A DNA stretch of 64,000 nucleotides from the human T2T-CHM13v2.0 reference genome, Homo sapiens, in assembly GCF_009914755.1 (NCBI RefSeq), contig NC_060926.1, one strand, 5' to 3'. Below are positions 14,481 through 28,594 of the stretch, one piece after another (the first letter of the stretch is position 1; the number at the start of each line of letters is the position of its first letter). A program made the position numbers and the translations under genes. The notes below the pieces were generated by a model. The model made no database searches. It worked only from the letters and a program-made list of their open reading frames with translations, and was not told the origin of the DNA.

Positions 14481-15868
14481 GTTCCTGCCATGTGATACCA
14501 TTAAGCAGCAGTGTTATGGACTGTATGTGTGTGTGTCTGTGTGTATCTGCCAGTGTATGTATGTGTACATTATGAATATATGGTAATGATCTTACTCTAT
14601 CCCTGCATATGGAGTCATATTCCATGCTGGTATCGAACATTAGACCACTGGGTGACCTCATTGTAGAACTAGCCCACACAGGGTACTTGGCTAGTAGTTT
14701 AATTTGCCATGTTCAATGGGTGGTTAGTGATTTATATTGCAGTGCCTACTGGGGCTTGATGAACCTAGACATGATCTGGACTGGCATCCTATGGGGGTAG
14801 AGCAAGACGTTTCCAGGTCACGGTGACATTTGGAGTTTGCTTGGATTTTGGTGAGGCGTAGTCTGTGCATTGGAAATAATGTTGCCTACAGTGAAAACAG
14901 GTTTGGTCTGACCAGAAACCAATAAAAGGGGAAATTAATCTTTAGGTACCTTAGGTGATATAAAAGCCTTTGATCTGGTTACATAATCTTTTTTCATCAG
15001 ATGATAATATCTTCAACATAAACTGGAAAAAATCTCTATAGTAAATAATTATTTGTCATCCTTTTCTAGGAAAAAAAAAATACTGAATTTTCTCATTCCA
15101 TGTGACCAAATGTGCTAAGCTAGTCATGGCATGTATGGAAACATTGGCTTATTATGGAAACATGTCAACCAGGGTTCTGATGGATGCTTTGCTTGTTGTT
15201 TTATATAATAAAGGATGATTCCTTAAGGTATGCAAGGATTTAGGCATCCTGGGAAATGAGGTTAATTTATAAGTTACTAGGATATTGTATCTATGTCATC
15301 ATATGATACACTTGTGTTTAAACAGCCTCAGAGAGAATCCAGTGGTATTTTCAAGAATGGGTGGGCAGACGTTAAACACCCGCACAAAATCAAGGGAGAA
15401 TTTTCAAATGCCGTGCCTCCTCTGTAGGACCCCAGAGGGTCACATCCCCTCTAACTGGAATCACTGCCATGGTAAGTAGGCGAGAGAGGCTTGAAACTAG
15501 GTCTTATAACAGGTTCTTTGTTACATCATTGCCTCCTTGCTTTGAGGAGTTGCAGTGACCTTTTCTAGGTTAATTTGAGTATCTTCAGTGAAAGAAAAAT
15601 ACATAATAATTGAATGCTTATTAGGTGGTTCCTACCGGCAAAAATGCTGAAAACCACAACAAGCAGTGCAAATGCTATCTAAGTGATAAGGCAGTTCAGA
15701 AGAGAGAAAGAAGAAAACAAGATCACAGGATGCTTTTCAATAAAACTACACTTTGAACTAGGTCTTAGAAAATGGTGAGATATGGTTTGATTAAAGTCCA
15801 TGCTTGGCAACAACTTGAGGTGAAAGGTGAAAGAATCAAAAGTCGATACCAAGAGGGTAGATCAAATT

Positions 15869-15926
15869 ATATATATATGTGTGTGCATACATATGTGTGT
15901 GTGCGTATATATATGTATGTATATAA
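15869..15926. repeat. (TA)/(TG) alternating tract
   Basis: Directly visible, abutting an Alu tail. Confidence 0.8.
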
Positions 15927-16226
<300 letters not shown>

Positions 16227-17509
16227 CAAATAGTATATATTTTAGAAAGCAAGAAGCAGTGGAAAATAGAGTGGATCCGATCAGATGGAGCCAGGTCACA
16301 GAGGACCTCTGGAAAATAGACAGTTTTTCATGATAATAAATATGGAATAATTGAACATTTTTGAACAAGATGAGTGGCCTAAAGTATCTAGGAAACACAG
16401 TCTGCATTGTGTCTAAGTTAGATGTGAGCAGAGAGATTATGGGGAGGTTTCTGAGATGAGTTGAGATAACTATAAGAGCCATTGCAAGGGGGAAAAAAAG
16501 CAAATTCCAACAGGACTAAATTTATAGAGAGAGGAAAAGAAAGCTCTAAACTGAAAAAGTACAAGATTTGGACCCTAAGACTTTAGGAAAATGGAGGTGA
16601 TGTTTCTACTATACATAGGAAAAGTAGAAGGAAGATCCAAGATATTGAGAAGAAGCTGGAACTTGGTTTGCATCCTGAAGCAATGTAGACAGCCTAGGGA
16701 CCAGGAAGCACAGGGGCTCAAAATCAAAAAGGAGCATGGGAAGGGGACAGAGCTATGGGAACCTGCATTTGACTCCAAGGGAAAACATTATCTTTGAAAC
16801 CATGCGACTGCTGATGTTCTTAAGAGAGAAGGTGCAGAGGGAAAAGGCCAAGCAAGAAACAAGTTGATGAAGCTAAAAGGACATTGGGTTGAGAGAGAGG
16901 TGAAGGAATGCATATCACAGGTGGAAAGAGAGTCATTTTCCAGAAAGAGAATGTAGTTGGTTTCATTAAAAGTAGCAGGAGGAATAGAGGTAAGGGTCAC
17001 TATGCACGTACTTGTGCAAGTGCGTGTGTATGTGTGTGTATGTGTGTAGGGGGTGAGAGCTAGCATTCACTAAAAGCACTTGTTATGTGTCTGGTGTTTT
17101 TCTATGAATTTTGCATGTAATTCAGTTTATCTGTTTACTTAGCACTAGCTCAACTCTTCTCCACTAACCTGGAAACCAGGATATTTCACTATTACTATTT
17201 CCTTATAATAGGCAAGCAATACATTCTGAAATGCTTTTGACTTCTGGATCGGTTGGAAAGTAAAGTCTGTGGATCCAGGATACTTCCCACTTCAGATTTT
17301 GCTGCCCATTCAGTCCTTTTGGCAGGTGTTAATTACTGCAGCTTCTTCAGGGTCTCTCCTTGCCCTGCTCCCCAGAACACAGTGGATACTCTGATAAATG
17401 ATATCACAGCACCCTCTACGTCTTCCTTCTAACATATTTCCTAATTTTTGGCAAATGATTTTAGGTTTAATGTCTCTCCCCTGAGAATACATAAACGTCA
17501 TTAGAATAT

Positions 17510-17597
17510 GGAGTCTCCAACTCCTGGGCTCAAGTGATCCACCCGCATCAGCCCCACAAAGTGCTGAGATTATAGACATAAGCCATTGTGTCTGGCC
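17510..17597 (-). mobile_element. AluJ/FLAM left-arm fragment inside an L2
   Basis: ctcctgggctcaagtgatccacc...gtgctgagattatag...tggcc. The L2 3' end cctggcacatagtagg...tgttgaat follows at about 17690-17745. Confidence 0.8.
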
Positions 17598-18419
17598 CAT
17601 CATTTGTTGTTTAATGTCTATGTTTAGTGCATAGACTGTGCAGTCCCTTAGGGCAATATTGGGATTTTGGTCACAACTCTCTGGCAAGTTCCTGGCACAT
17701 AGTAGGCATAAAATACATAGATGCCGAATGTTGAATAAGTGACTAAATTCATTTTATTTGAGAAGAACTAAAACTTGAATAATGAAAACAATTGTTTAAG
17801 ATCATACACCTAGCAGAGTCAGATTCAAAATTAGCTCTAAGTCCAAACCTTGTTTATTGTCTTTTATTGTTTTCCTCTAAATCAGAAGTACAGAGAAAAC
17901 ACTATTTGATTTGCCAAGAAAGAAAACTATTAGTTCCCTTAGGAGAATAATATTAATAGAGAGGTGAAGCATTGTTGAATAGGTGGAAACAGGACTGAGA
18001 GAGGAAAGGTGCATATGGGTGAGAGTGTATGAGTCTGTGTGTAAGTAGGCGTAAGCTTACTCATTCTGTGTGTCTGCATGTTGTGTCTGAGAGGGGTTGG
18101 GAGTGGAGGAGTGGAAGGCAATTGATGGAAACTGAAGTTGGCAGTGAACCATTCATGCAATGCAGATATAGTCAATGCTTTTCTCTGAAGTGCGATTCAT
18201 ATAGAAATGGCATGAGGATAGTGCACCTCCCCAGCGTGAGCAACACATTTTCTTTTCTTCCAACGGAATTGGGCACATTCTGGCTCTCTGGCACGCGTGT
18301 CAGTTCTCAGTACCGTAGTTATGTCATATTATTTAAAGCCAGTTGTTCGATGAGTTTAATTTTTAGGTCAAGTTTATAAAGAAAGGCTTTTTGAAAAGCA
18401 CTTGTTTATTTATTAGGCA

Positions 18420-18580
18420 AAGACTGGATGTGGAGAACCTTAGGTTTCTAATTTGTAAGTTGAGGATATTGATAGCTAACTCCGTAGCTCCAAAGAGAGT
18501 TCTTAGGATTAGAGATAATTTAGGTGTAACTCCTCACAGAAGCTGGAATGTACTAGGCACTCAAAAACCAACAGCTTACA
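18420..18580 (+). mobile_element. MIR
   Basis: ccttaggtttctaatttgtaagttgaggata...ggattagagataat...taggcactcaa. Confidence 0.6.
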
Positions 18581-19331
18581 CTGAAGTTTGTGATAAAGTA
18601 TAAATGTCCATTTTTCTTTCTATGACTTGTTTTTCCTTTGTCAAATATCTTCAAATATGTCTTTAAATTAATCATCTCTACCTCCCAAATATCCTGTACT
18701 TTCTGGATGAAGGGAACTCTTTCAGTCCTCAAACTGTAATCTCTAAAGCATCCTGTCAGTGGCCTAGGCAGCTAATTTGGGCTCCTCAAATTAGAGAAGA
18801 GGTAGGAGAAAGCTTTTAAAGTTGGAAAAATAATATTATGAAAGATAGTAAAAGTCTTGGAAGACAGTTATAAAATTTAATGAAAATCAAGATGAGTTGA
18901 AGAAATGTTGCATTGAAAACATGATGATAGTATTCATGGAAGGAAGGAAAACAGAACATTTGGAGAAGGGATAGAAGACATTTTAGGACACAGAAATCCT
19001 ACGGATCAAAGCTAAAAGTGAAACATTCAAAATAGTCATGGTACTTGCTTGTTCTCCTAATGGGTTGTTGTTGCTCCAGGGATGACTCCATAGAAACCAA
19101 CCCTAAGTGAGGTAAAATGTGCAAAGGCACAAGGCCTGTGCTTCTGAGAGTTGTTCCCCAGAAGCCAATCTGGGTATAAAGCTCCTTTTAGAGTCAACTG
19201 CCATGAAAGTGTTTTATCACCTGCTACTTATTAGCAAACATCAGGAGCATTTTGTATATTCCAAGAATAAGTAGCGAAACAAACAGAAAGACTGAAAAGC
19301 CACTTCATTATTCCAGATGTCAGTCAGCTAA

Positions 19332-19493
<162 letters not shown>

Positions 19494-21040
19494 CTTCCTG
19501 TGATACAACTTGCCAAATGCTTCCCACCTCTGTCTGTCCTGTTGCTGTAGACAACTTTCGCATTTGCTTTTATTTTTCTATGTGTGTATGGGTTAGGGGA
19601 TGCGGGGGATGAGTTCTGGCAGTCTGTGTTTTCATTTGAAGAAGAATATCTTTCTTCCTTGTGATTGGTGGTGAAACTTTCTTTGCTGTTTGTTACCAAA
19701 TCGTTTTTGTCTCTGGTTTCCATCATTCTGTAATATAAATGTAGTAAACTTGTACTATATGTATTGGCTTAGTGGTTCTTTTTTAAATTCTTTCTCTCTT
19801 TCATGTTTTGTGTACTTTTATACTGTCTCTGAAAATTTATCAATATTTGATAAATTTATCTACTTTGTTTTATGTAGATTTCTTTTTAAATGTTTTGTCC
19901 AGAACACTCGCACAGATGTTGTCAATGAATTTGTACATATTTCTTAGCTCTTATCCTATTATACTGTAATATTTCTGGTGGTTTTATTTTTATTTAGCTT
20001 GGAGCATGACTGTAAGACACTGTTGAATATTGATGTCCTTATAAATATTCATATCCCGATTCATTTGGATTGAGTATGGCAGCTAGTCTTTCTTCTTTCT
20101 TAGGCTATTGACTGGCCTAAGACAATTTGACTGGCCAGACAAATTGACTGGCCAGATAATCTAGATATTTAACAAAAACTGCAGATTAATAAGGCAACCT
20201 TTAAATGAATGACTTTTCTCTCTTATACCAACAATATCAGAAATGTTCTCTGAAAGGGAATGTAAGTGTTCATGCATGGTAAATGAGATCTCAATTATCA
20301 CTTGGAGAAAAGAGACAAGAAATAAAGGCATAAACTGAAATATCATTTAATCCTTTACAGCATAATATGTTGCTCTGATGTTCGTTTGGGTACGTGGTTG
20401 TGGATGGGGAATTAGTATGGGGAAAAATCACTACACATAAATGTCCTATCTTTAGCTCACCCAATAGGAATTCAATACATTGACTTAATTTGTGAGGCTT
20501 AATTGTCGTTACTGTTAAGTATTATAGGTGTTAAGTAGGGTGGTGTCATTCTGGAATGTTTTCTCTCTGCTTCCTAGCTTCAATCTTTGCATTCATGAAA
20601 CTCTTCTGAAATAGCAACTTATAAAACACTGATGATACCTCCAAGGGAACTGCCCATTACTGATGAGAAAATTACATATTCATCTATTATTTTAAATGTC
20701 AGGCTATTTTAAAAACATAACTAAGTAGAATAATTGCGTTTTCTTCTAATGAGAGACATTGTGCCTCTTAGTGTTTTTGTCTGACTTAAATATGCAAAAT
20801 AGTTGATTTATAAATATATGAGGTATCTGCAAATACAAGAAATGAGAGGCTTCTCTCAAGGGTATCTCAAGTACCATTTAGAATTTCTTGTGTCTTAATT
20901 TAAAATTTAAATGCCTTTATATAAATGTTAAATGCCTTTATAACTAAATGTACCAACTCAAACACTTTTTGGATATAAAAGAAGTAGAAACAGTAAGACA
21001 CTGAATAAAATAAATAAGATAAACTGCCAACTTAGCTAAT
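19494..21040 (+). other. NYAP2: 3' UTR of the NYAP2 isoform ending at 19493 (3' end uncertain)
   Basis: U/UG-rich sequence with no recognisable interspersed repeat after the stop. Pumilio-type TGTACATA at 19932-19939. AATAAA at 20321-20326, and overlapping AATAAAATAAA at 21004-21014. Confidence 0.6.
21004..21014 (+). terminator. Candidate polyadenylation signal (two overlapping AATAAA)
   Basis: aataaaataaa about 1.5 kb downstream of the stop codon. Usage cannot be shown from sequence. Confidence 0.35.
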
Positions 21041-21665
21041 TAAAGCTATTCCAAAAATATTGTACTTACCAACATTTAAAGCTTAAAAACATTGGGTACT
21101 GAAAGAAGAGAAGTTTAGCTAATTGGCAGAGGATTGCACTAATACAATCAAGTTTTCAAGTTTATGACCCTTGCTAGTATATTACCTTCAATATCTCAGA
21201 GATGTTTTGTATTATTTGTTTTGTTTTGCTTTTTTCCTAGTTGTCTTTATAGCTGTTTCACCCTAAGCCCCTTCAAACTCTCAATGAAAGCAGGTTCTTG
21301 GGATAAACTTCCAGAATAGAGACAAGGTATACCCTTTGTGCCTTTGCATTATCAACTCTTTGTTCACCTGATGGGAAGTTCTTCGTTTTTCAAAATGTAG
21401 CAAGGGAGAAAGCCCAGGACGCCTTTATATGCTGTTAGTTTCCTTACCTGCTGATAGAGATTCTGACACACAGTCAAATCATACATGGGCTGTCAGAGCT
21501 ATAAATTAGAAGGCTGGCCTCTAGGCTTCTCCTCTGTGGCTTATAGCCAGTTGTAATATACATGCATTCCTATACTCTAGAGATGAAGTGGTAAGCATAG
21601 CTCATATGAACACTGCTCTGAACTCCTCTGACTTAGCATTCAACTTAAGTCAAGAAATACTTATT

Positions 21666-22000
<335 letters not shown>

Positions 22001-22328
22001 CTACTTCCCATGCCCTCAACCATAGTCTTGACTAAGATGTCTGTTTAAATTACAACTAGGACGGCACTGCCCTGTGCTCAGGCATGCAAGACAATGGTGG
22101 AAAAACATGTAAAACTGTTGAATCTAACAATGACTACTCATACCTAAACAAGGATAGGGAACACCTAGCACTATCAAACAAACAATCCCTCTGGTCACTT
22201 TTTAAGCAGTTTTCGCAACACCAAGACTCCTGGTAGTTATTAAAACCCAGAATTCTTAATAGGAGATTAATAGACTTCTTACTAGGAAAATCATTGGAAT
22301 TCATGTGATCTATTTAAAACAAATAAAA

Positions 22329-22661
<333 letters not shown>

Positions 22662-23811
22662 TCACCTCTAAATAATTCCAGTGGTGCTTGTCTATGGAGG
22701 AATCTGGCCTTACGAATGCTATGACATTTCAGCCACATTATGGGGCATTACCCTTCGTACAAAAAGACCTGTGTTACTTCTCAGATTGTTGTTGTCATCC
22801 CATCTCTGTTCAGTTTTCTTGGTCCTAGTTTGTCACTCACCGTTTCGTGTCATGGTTGGAGCTGTCTAAGAAATGTTGTAGGTGGAGTTAGGTGAAAGTG
22901 CTTGACATCACTAAGGCAGAGATTCACAGAGGTGACCAAAGTGACTGGTCCCCGTTCCCCATGGGCCTGGGGCCAATAGTGACAGCCCACCACCAGAGGT
23001 GGTATATGAACAAAGGGGAAGGTATGTTTGCTTGCCTTTGAAATCAGTTTTAGCTTCAGGTAACTACAGCAGACACACGATCTGTAGAAATGTATAATTG
23101 TATTTGACTGGAACTTCAAAATATGTAAGAGAAAATGAGAAACTCTGGAAAAAAGTATGAGTTCTAAAGCATTTAGAGTTTGCCCCAAAACACATATTAT
23201 TCTCTGACACTCAGAGAGTTAAAAATAAGATTTTATTTTTTCTTAATTTGCTCCTGAGTAAATAGACTAGACATGGGGCAATTATAGACATTTTCTTGGA
23301 ACTTCCTTGTAATGCAGCCACGTTTCTGCATTTACCTTCATAGAAATCTTTGGAAATCAGACTGAATTTTTGTGCCTACCATTAGAAAGTTAACTTATTT
23401 TCTTAGTTAAAAAAAGTCAAACTGCACAGGAGTCATGTATTATACTTGGAGCACGTTACTTTCTCTTTTGTATTCTCTGTAATAGAGTAGAAAGCCATGT
23501 ACTCAGAAGAAAGAGATGTGAATGCTCTTAGACACAGCAGATGGTGATGCTCATGTGATTCCTCCATCTCTGGCTGATCTCAGCCTCCTTCTTCAGTGAC
23601 CCCATTGGAAACAGTGCCATCTATACTCTTGCTGCACAGGTGATGCTATAGCAGCTGATGCACAGGCCATATCAAACCATGCTTTCCTGCAAGAATGGAG
23701 CGGCTAAGATGTGTCTCCAAACAGAACTGCAGCTTTCCTTGGAAAAATGTTCCCAAGACATGTTTGAATTTGTTTTTCTAGGAAGGAAGGAAATGAGAGC
23801 CACAACCTCCA

Positions 23812-23813
<2 letters not shown>

Positions 23814-23867
<54 letters not shown>

Positions 23868-23887
23868 ACATACACACACACACACAC
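23814..23887. repeat. (CA)n microsatellite
   Basis: Long CA run with two TA interruptions. Confidence 0.95.
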
Positions 23888-25036
23888 CAACACAATCTCA
23901 CACATTCACTCACAAACACATATTTTTTTTACAGCAGATTCTCATGTCAAGGAATTACAAAGCTAAGAGTGACCCAAGTGTTGAACTGAAACCTCAACTT
24001 CTTCGGAGGCTTGTTTATCACACTAAACTGAATTATCTCTGATCATCCTTGATTTGGGGGAGGGAGGTAGGAAAAGGTCACTTGTAATTTCCTTTGGACA
24101 CACATTCCAAAGTTTGACAGACCAAATCTCTTTAGAAACCTACACAGAGTGCTTAGAAACCACATAGTGCTTTGCCTCTGAAGCCATGATCTCTGTGGGT
24201 CCTGTGTTTCATGATACCTGCGTCCTCACCACCCAGGACAAAACTTGCCCAGCCCAGTCCCTTCTGTATACTTAATAGCTGTTATCCAGGCTACTAAGCC
24301 CCGTTCCTTTCAACTTGTCTCTTCGGGATTACTTAGCAAATGCTTATTCCTTTTCATAGCAGCCCCCTGGCCTCTCACCAAGCTCCTAACTTCCCCTTTG
24401 CTTGACGACCTTGCAGGAGAATGAGAGTCTTCCCAGGCTGCCTCTGGAGCAGATGCAGGTTCTCTCTTTCCATGGGCTCCACAGCTATGTCATTATGTCA
24501 GCACCGGCTGGCAATCCTGGATAAGGGAACATGTTAGGGGGTCCATAGCTTGATGCATATCTAGAGTGTATTTCTGAACATGCTCAGATGCCAGAATTGT
24601 TTTCTACAGACTTAAAAAAAGAAGATAGACAACCCAAAATAGGGATGTGGGGTCAGTACATGTGAAGACCAGGGTGAAGGACTTAGGTGAATTTCTTTGC
24701 AGGGACTGTGCTCAGTTCAGAGGTCTTCCTCCAATGCCCAGCGCAAAGTGAGGCCCTCAGTCATCATTTGTTGACTTACTCAACACCTCTCTCTATAAAC
24801 ATCTTTCTGTATATGCGCTTCAAAAAATCTTTTCTCAAACAATTTGATTTTGTTCCTGTTCTTCAGTCCTTAATATTTCCAAAGCAGGGTCTGTGAGTTC
24901 TGAGCTTTCATTGAACTTTCTAGATAGTACATTTGCACATAAAACATGCCTGGGAGCCTGGAGAGTGTGAGAAAGGCTAACAACAAAGGGAGCCAGGAGA
25001 GTAAGGCCTAGAGTGTGAAATGAGAAATCTAATTCC

Positions 25037-25343
25037 TTTTTTTTTTTTTTTTTTTTTTTTTGAGACAGAGCTTCACTCTTGTTGCCTAGGCTGGCGTGCA
25101 ATGATGCGATCTCAGCTTATTGCAACCTCCACCTCCAAGTTCAACTGATTCTCCTGCCTCAGACTCCTGTGTAGCAGAGATTACAGGCGTCTGCCACCAC
25201 ACCAGGCTAAATTTTTTGTATTTTTAGTAGAGACGGGGTTTCACCATGTTGGCCAGGCTGGTCTCAAACTTCTGACCTCGTGATCCACCTGCCTCAGCCT
25301 CCCAAAGTGCTGGGATTATAGGCGTGAGCCACTGCGCCCAGCA
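25037..25343 (-). mobile_element. AluS
   Basis: PolyT and reverse dimer; TSD gaaatctaatt at 25024 and 25345. Confidence 0.95.
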
Positions 25344-25474
25344 GGAAATCTAATTTCATCTCCTGGGTGCCCACCCCAACTCTGAATAACCTGACCTTAA
25401 AGGCTGCAAAGCTCCATCCTCATTTAATTTGTGCCTTCAATAGAATCAAGCAGAAAAACAAAAACAAGTCCTAA

Positions 25475-25545
25475 GGGCAATATGGGAAATCTCTTTCAAT
25501 TTTGCTGTGAACCTAAAACTGCTCTAAAAAAAAAAAAAAAAAAGG
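25475..25545 (+). mobile_element. Old L1M (L1MB-like) extreme 3' end
   Basis: atatgggaaatctct...caattttgctgtgaacctaaaactgctctaaaa followed by an A tail. Confidence 0.75.
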
Positions 25546-27493
25546 AAAAGGAAAGTAAAAACAAAAACCAAAACACCGTAAAATGTAAGAGTAGAAAAAC
25601 TTCAAAAATATTTTCTCTTTACAATTCTCAGGCCACTATGAGCATAGAGATGACTTGTTTTGCCAAAGTCATGCACGCTTTAGTTTAGCCCCTTGTCCTA
25701 TAGACCAGGGACATTTTACCTGATCAGTTGGATACATTGTCAAGTGTTTCCTACTTTGAGACTAAGGTTTTACAGTCCACAGGAGAAAGCAGTGCTGGGA
25801 ATGAGATAGCCACAGAATATGTAGTTGGAGAGCATGTGCCACCCTCACTCTGTGTGACCAACGGCCCCTTCTCTATAATGTGCTGCTCAAGTGTTGAACA
25901 AAAGTGTTTTCTTTTTTTCTTTTTTGAGATTCTGTGATATTCCAGATTCTCCTATCAGACCTGAACTGAGAACATGTTTTCCATGCCATTTGTACCTTTA
26001 CACAGCTGATTTTATTGTATGCTCATGATTACACCACATGATGGAAATGGAAGAAAAGCAGAAACAACACACAGAACAGAACCAACAAAATCTGAACTCA
26101 TTAACACACAGCTTCTCACCACCACACAGCTTCTTTCAGGCTGTGCAATACATATTAAAATTGGCTCTTATTATTTACTTCCTTCTGCATACATGTCAAC
26201 CTTACATATATTTCCAAACATGAAAAACCCTAAGAGGAGGTCTTGGAACACCCCCCTAAGTTCACAGTACAACATCAGCATTATGTTTGAGAAGTGTTTC
26301 TCTGTACTAACTTCAAATTGTAAAATAAAGTGCTATGTTAACAAAGATTATGTTAAAAAGAAATTATGCTACAAAGAAATTATGCTTATTTGTTATAAAA
26401 ATGATATTTACCAAAGAATTTGGATCTAGCCCTGTGAAATGTGGAATAAATTCATGTTACAAATAAGAATGTCAGTGGCTAAGTGGATCTATTACCAAGT
26501 ACTATAGCCTAGTTGCATTAAAACAATGCAAGTGCAAAAAATATATAAAAAGCATTATCTTATGTGTGCTTTATATGGTCCTGTCAAATTGTTTTATAAA
26601 AATGTTAGGCTTTAGTTCTTTATGGCACTCTCTATGAGCTTTAATTAATGTCATATCTAAGGTGGAAAATAAAATTTATTATTACTTTTAAATAGTAGCT
26701 GAATCAAGGAATATGTAAAATGAAATGTTGGAATTATTTCCTTTCTACTTTAATACAAAGAATTCAGAGGGTCATAACTCTTTACAACTTAGCTGAAGTA
26801 TGGGCTAAGTAATTTACATATTATTTAGCCATTGCGTGCTTATTAACTTTTACATACTTTAGGCAGCAGAATATTTGTGGGTCACTTTTTCAAGTCCAGA
26901 AGTTCCATGATCAGTCTCTCAGTAACTCCATTATAGAGTGGAATAAAACAAAACAAGCTCATGCCTGCCGCCAACAACCTTGTCATTTATTCTGTCAGAG
27001 CAAGGAGGGTATAATAAGCAAGAAGATGTTCTTAAAGAAGTCTTGAACCAATTGACAAATAAGGGTGGGGATTGGGCCCAGTGGACTCTGAGGATGCCTG
27101 TTATCTAACTCTGCTGTCGCTGGTACCTGTGTGTGTCCCTCTCTTCAGCATCCGAGGTCAGAGTTATCAACTTCACCACCAGAGCTACAGGTGTGAAGTA
27201 GCAGAAGTACGTACTCCAGCTTTCTTTACCATCTGGAAGGGACAAAAAGTTATTCAGGGTTCTTAGGTGAAGTTTGCATAATGAACATGATGTGCCATTT
27301 TTGTCACCTCTCATGTGCTTACCATGTGCCAGGACGGGGCTCGGAGCATGCCTGCATCATTGTAGGTGTGTTCTCTACAGTCCTCACTGATGGGTACTAT
27401 TATTATCCCACATCACAACCAAGGATACCAAAGTGAGTAAGGTTACATAGCTTATCCAAAGTTTTGTATTTATTAAATGTCAAAGGCTATGAC

Positions 27494-27580
27494 ATTAACC
27501 ACTCAAAAACCTGAGATTTACCACTCAGAACCTGATATTAACCAGTCAAAAACCTGAGATAGACAAAAACCTGAGATAGA
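27494..27580. repeat. Degenerate minisatellite, unit about 22 bp, between two opposed MIRs
   Basis: attaaccactcaaaaacctgag / atttaccactcagaacctgat / attaaccagtcaaaaacctgag / atagacaaaaacctgag. Confidence 0.85.
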
Positions 27581-28523
27581 TATGAGACTTACAGGAAGTA
27601 AAGATTTATTAGAATCCTGGCTCTACTGGTTAGTGGCTGTAAGACCTGGAATATGTTGCTGAACCTTTCTGAGTCTGGGGTTGTTGTTGAGGATTAATGA
27701 GATAACATAGGTGTGTAAAGTCCTGGACAGACATTACTTGTGGGAAAAAAATATTAATTCTTTCTCCTTTTCCTAACAGTTTTTCCTCTTTCCAAAAAAT
27801 TCAATTTTTCTGCTTGCTGGAAAATTCTAAAGAGAAAAGTAGTTCAGTCAGTGTTATTCCAAAGGCAGTAGTCACTGAAGGAATGATTGGTCCACCCCAC
27901 TATCCCCAAGCTGGTATACAACTGCTAGTGCATGGTGATAAGAAAAAGCAGACAGATTTCTAGTTGGTTCTATCACTGGTTTTAAGTTCTCTGTAGACAG
28001 TGCATCTCCTTATTGCCTGCACCTGGGGCAAATTGATTTCCCCCACCTTGTCCTTGGTACCCCCCTAGAGCCCATTATATTCATTACTCCTTCTTTCACA
28101 ATTACAAAATTAGTTACTAAGTTATTTACCATGTAATAGGGAGTTTAGGTCTGGCATTTCTTCTTACCTTGTAGGTCTCATATGTGGGTTGGAGGCAAAG
28201 TACGTAGAAATTGGCTACAGGTAGCATTTCAGAACTGTCAGCTCTCCTGCCCCCAATACTACTTACTCACCTCTTTGAATTAAGGTAGGAGAAAATACAA
28301 TGAAAACATTAAGTCTATATAGGAAGCTATTATCTGCTAGGGTCGGGACAGCAGGTATTAGAGACACAGGATACATTTTTTTTTTTTTTTTTTTTGCCAA
28401 CCTCAGCATTTACTTAAAGATTCCACATACCAGTTTTAAATGCCTATTTTTTTTAATGCCTGCAACCATTCACATTATAAAATGTATCGATTTAACTATT
28501 AAAACGAATGTCTGGCTTCAGAT

Positions 28524-28533
28524 GGGGCGGGCC
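28524..28533 (+). promoter_or_regulatory. GC box (SP/KLF-like)
   Basis: GGGGCGGGCC, about 45 bp from the CTCF-like motif. Confidence 0.35.
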
Positions 28534-28575
28534 AACTCAGCCTGTGGAAACACAGCATAACACTAGGTGGATACA

Positions 28576-28594
28576 TGGCGCCACCTAGCGTCTG
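28576..28594 (-). promoter_or_regulatory. Candidate CTCF binding site
   Basis: The minus strand reads CAGACGCTAGGTGGCGCCA, close to the CTCF core CC(A/G)C(C/T)AG(A/G)(G/T)GGC(A/G)C. CpGs are retained in a CpG-poor background. Confidence 0.7.
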
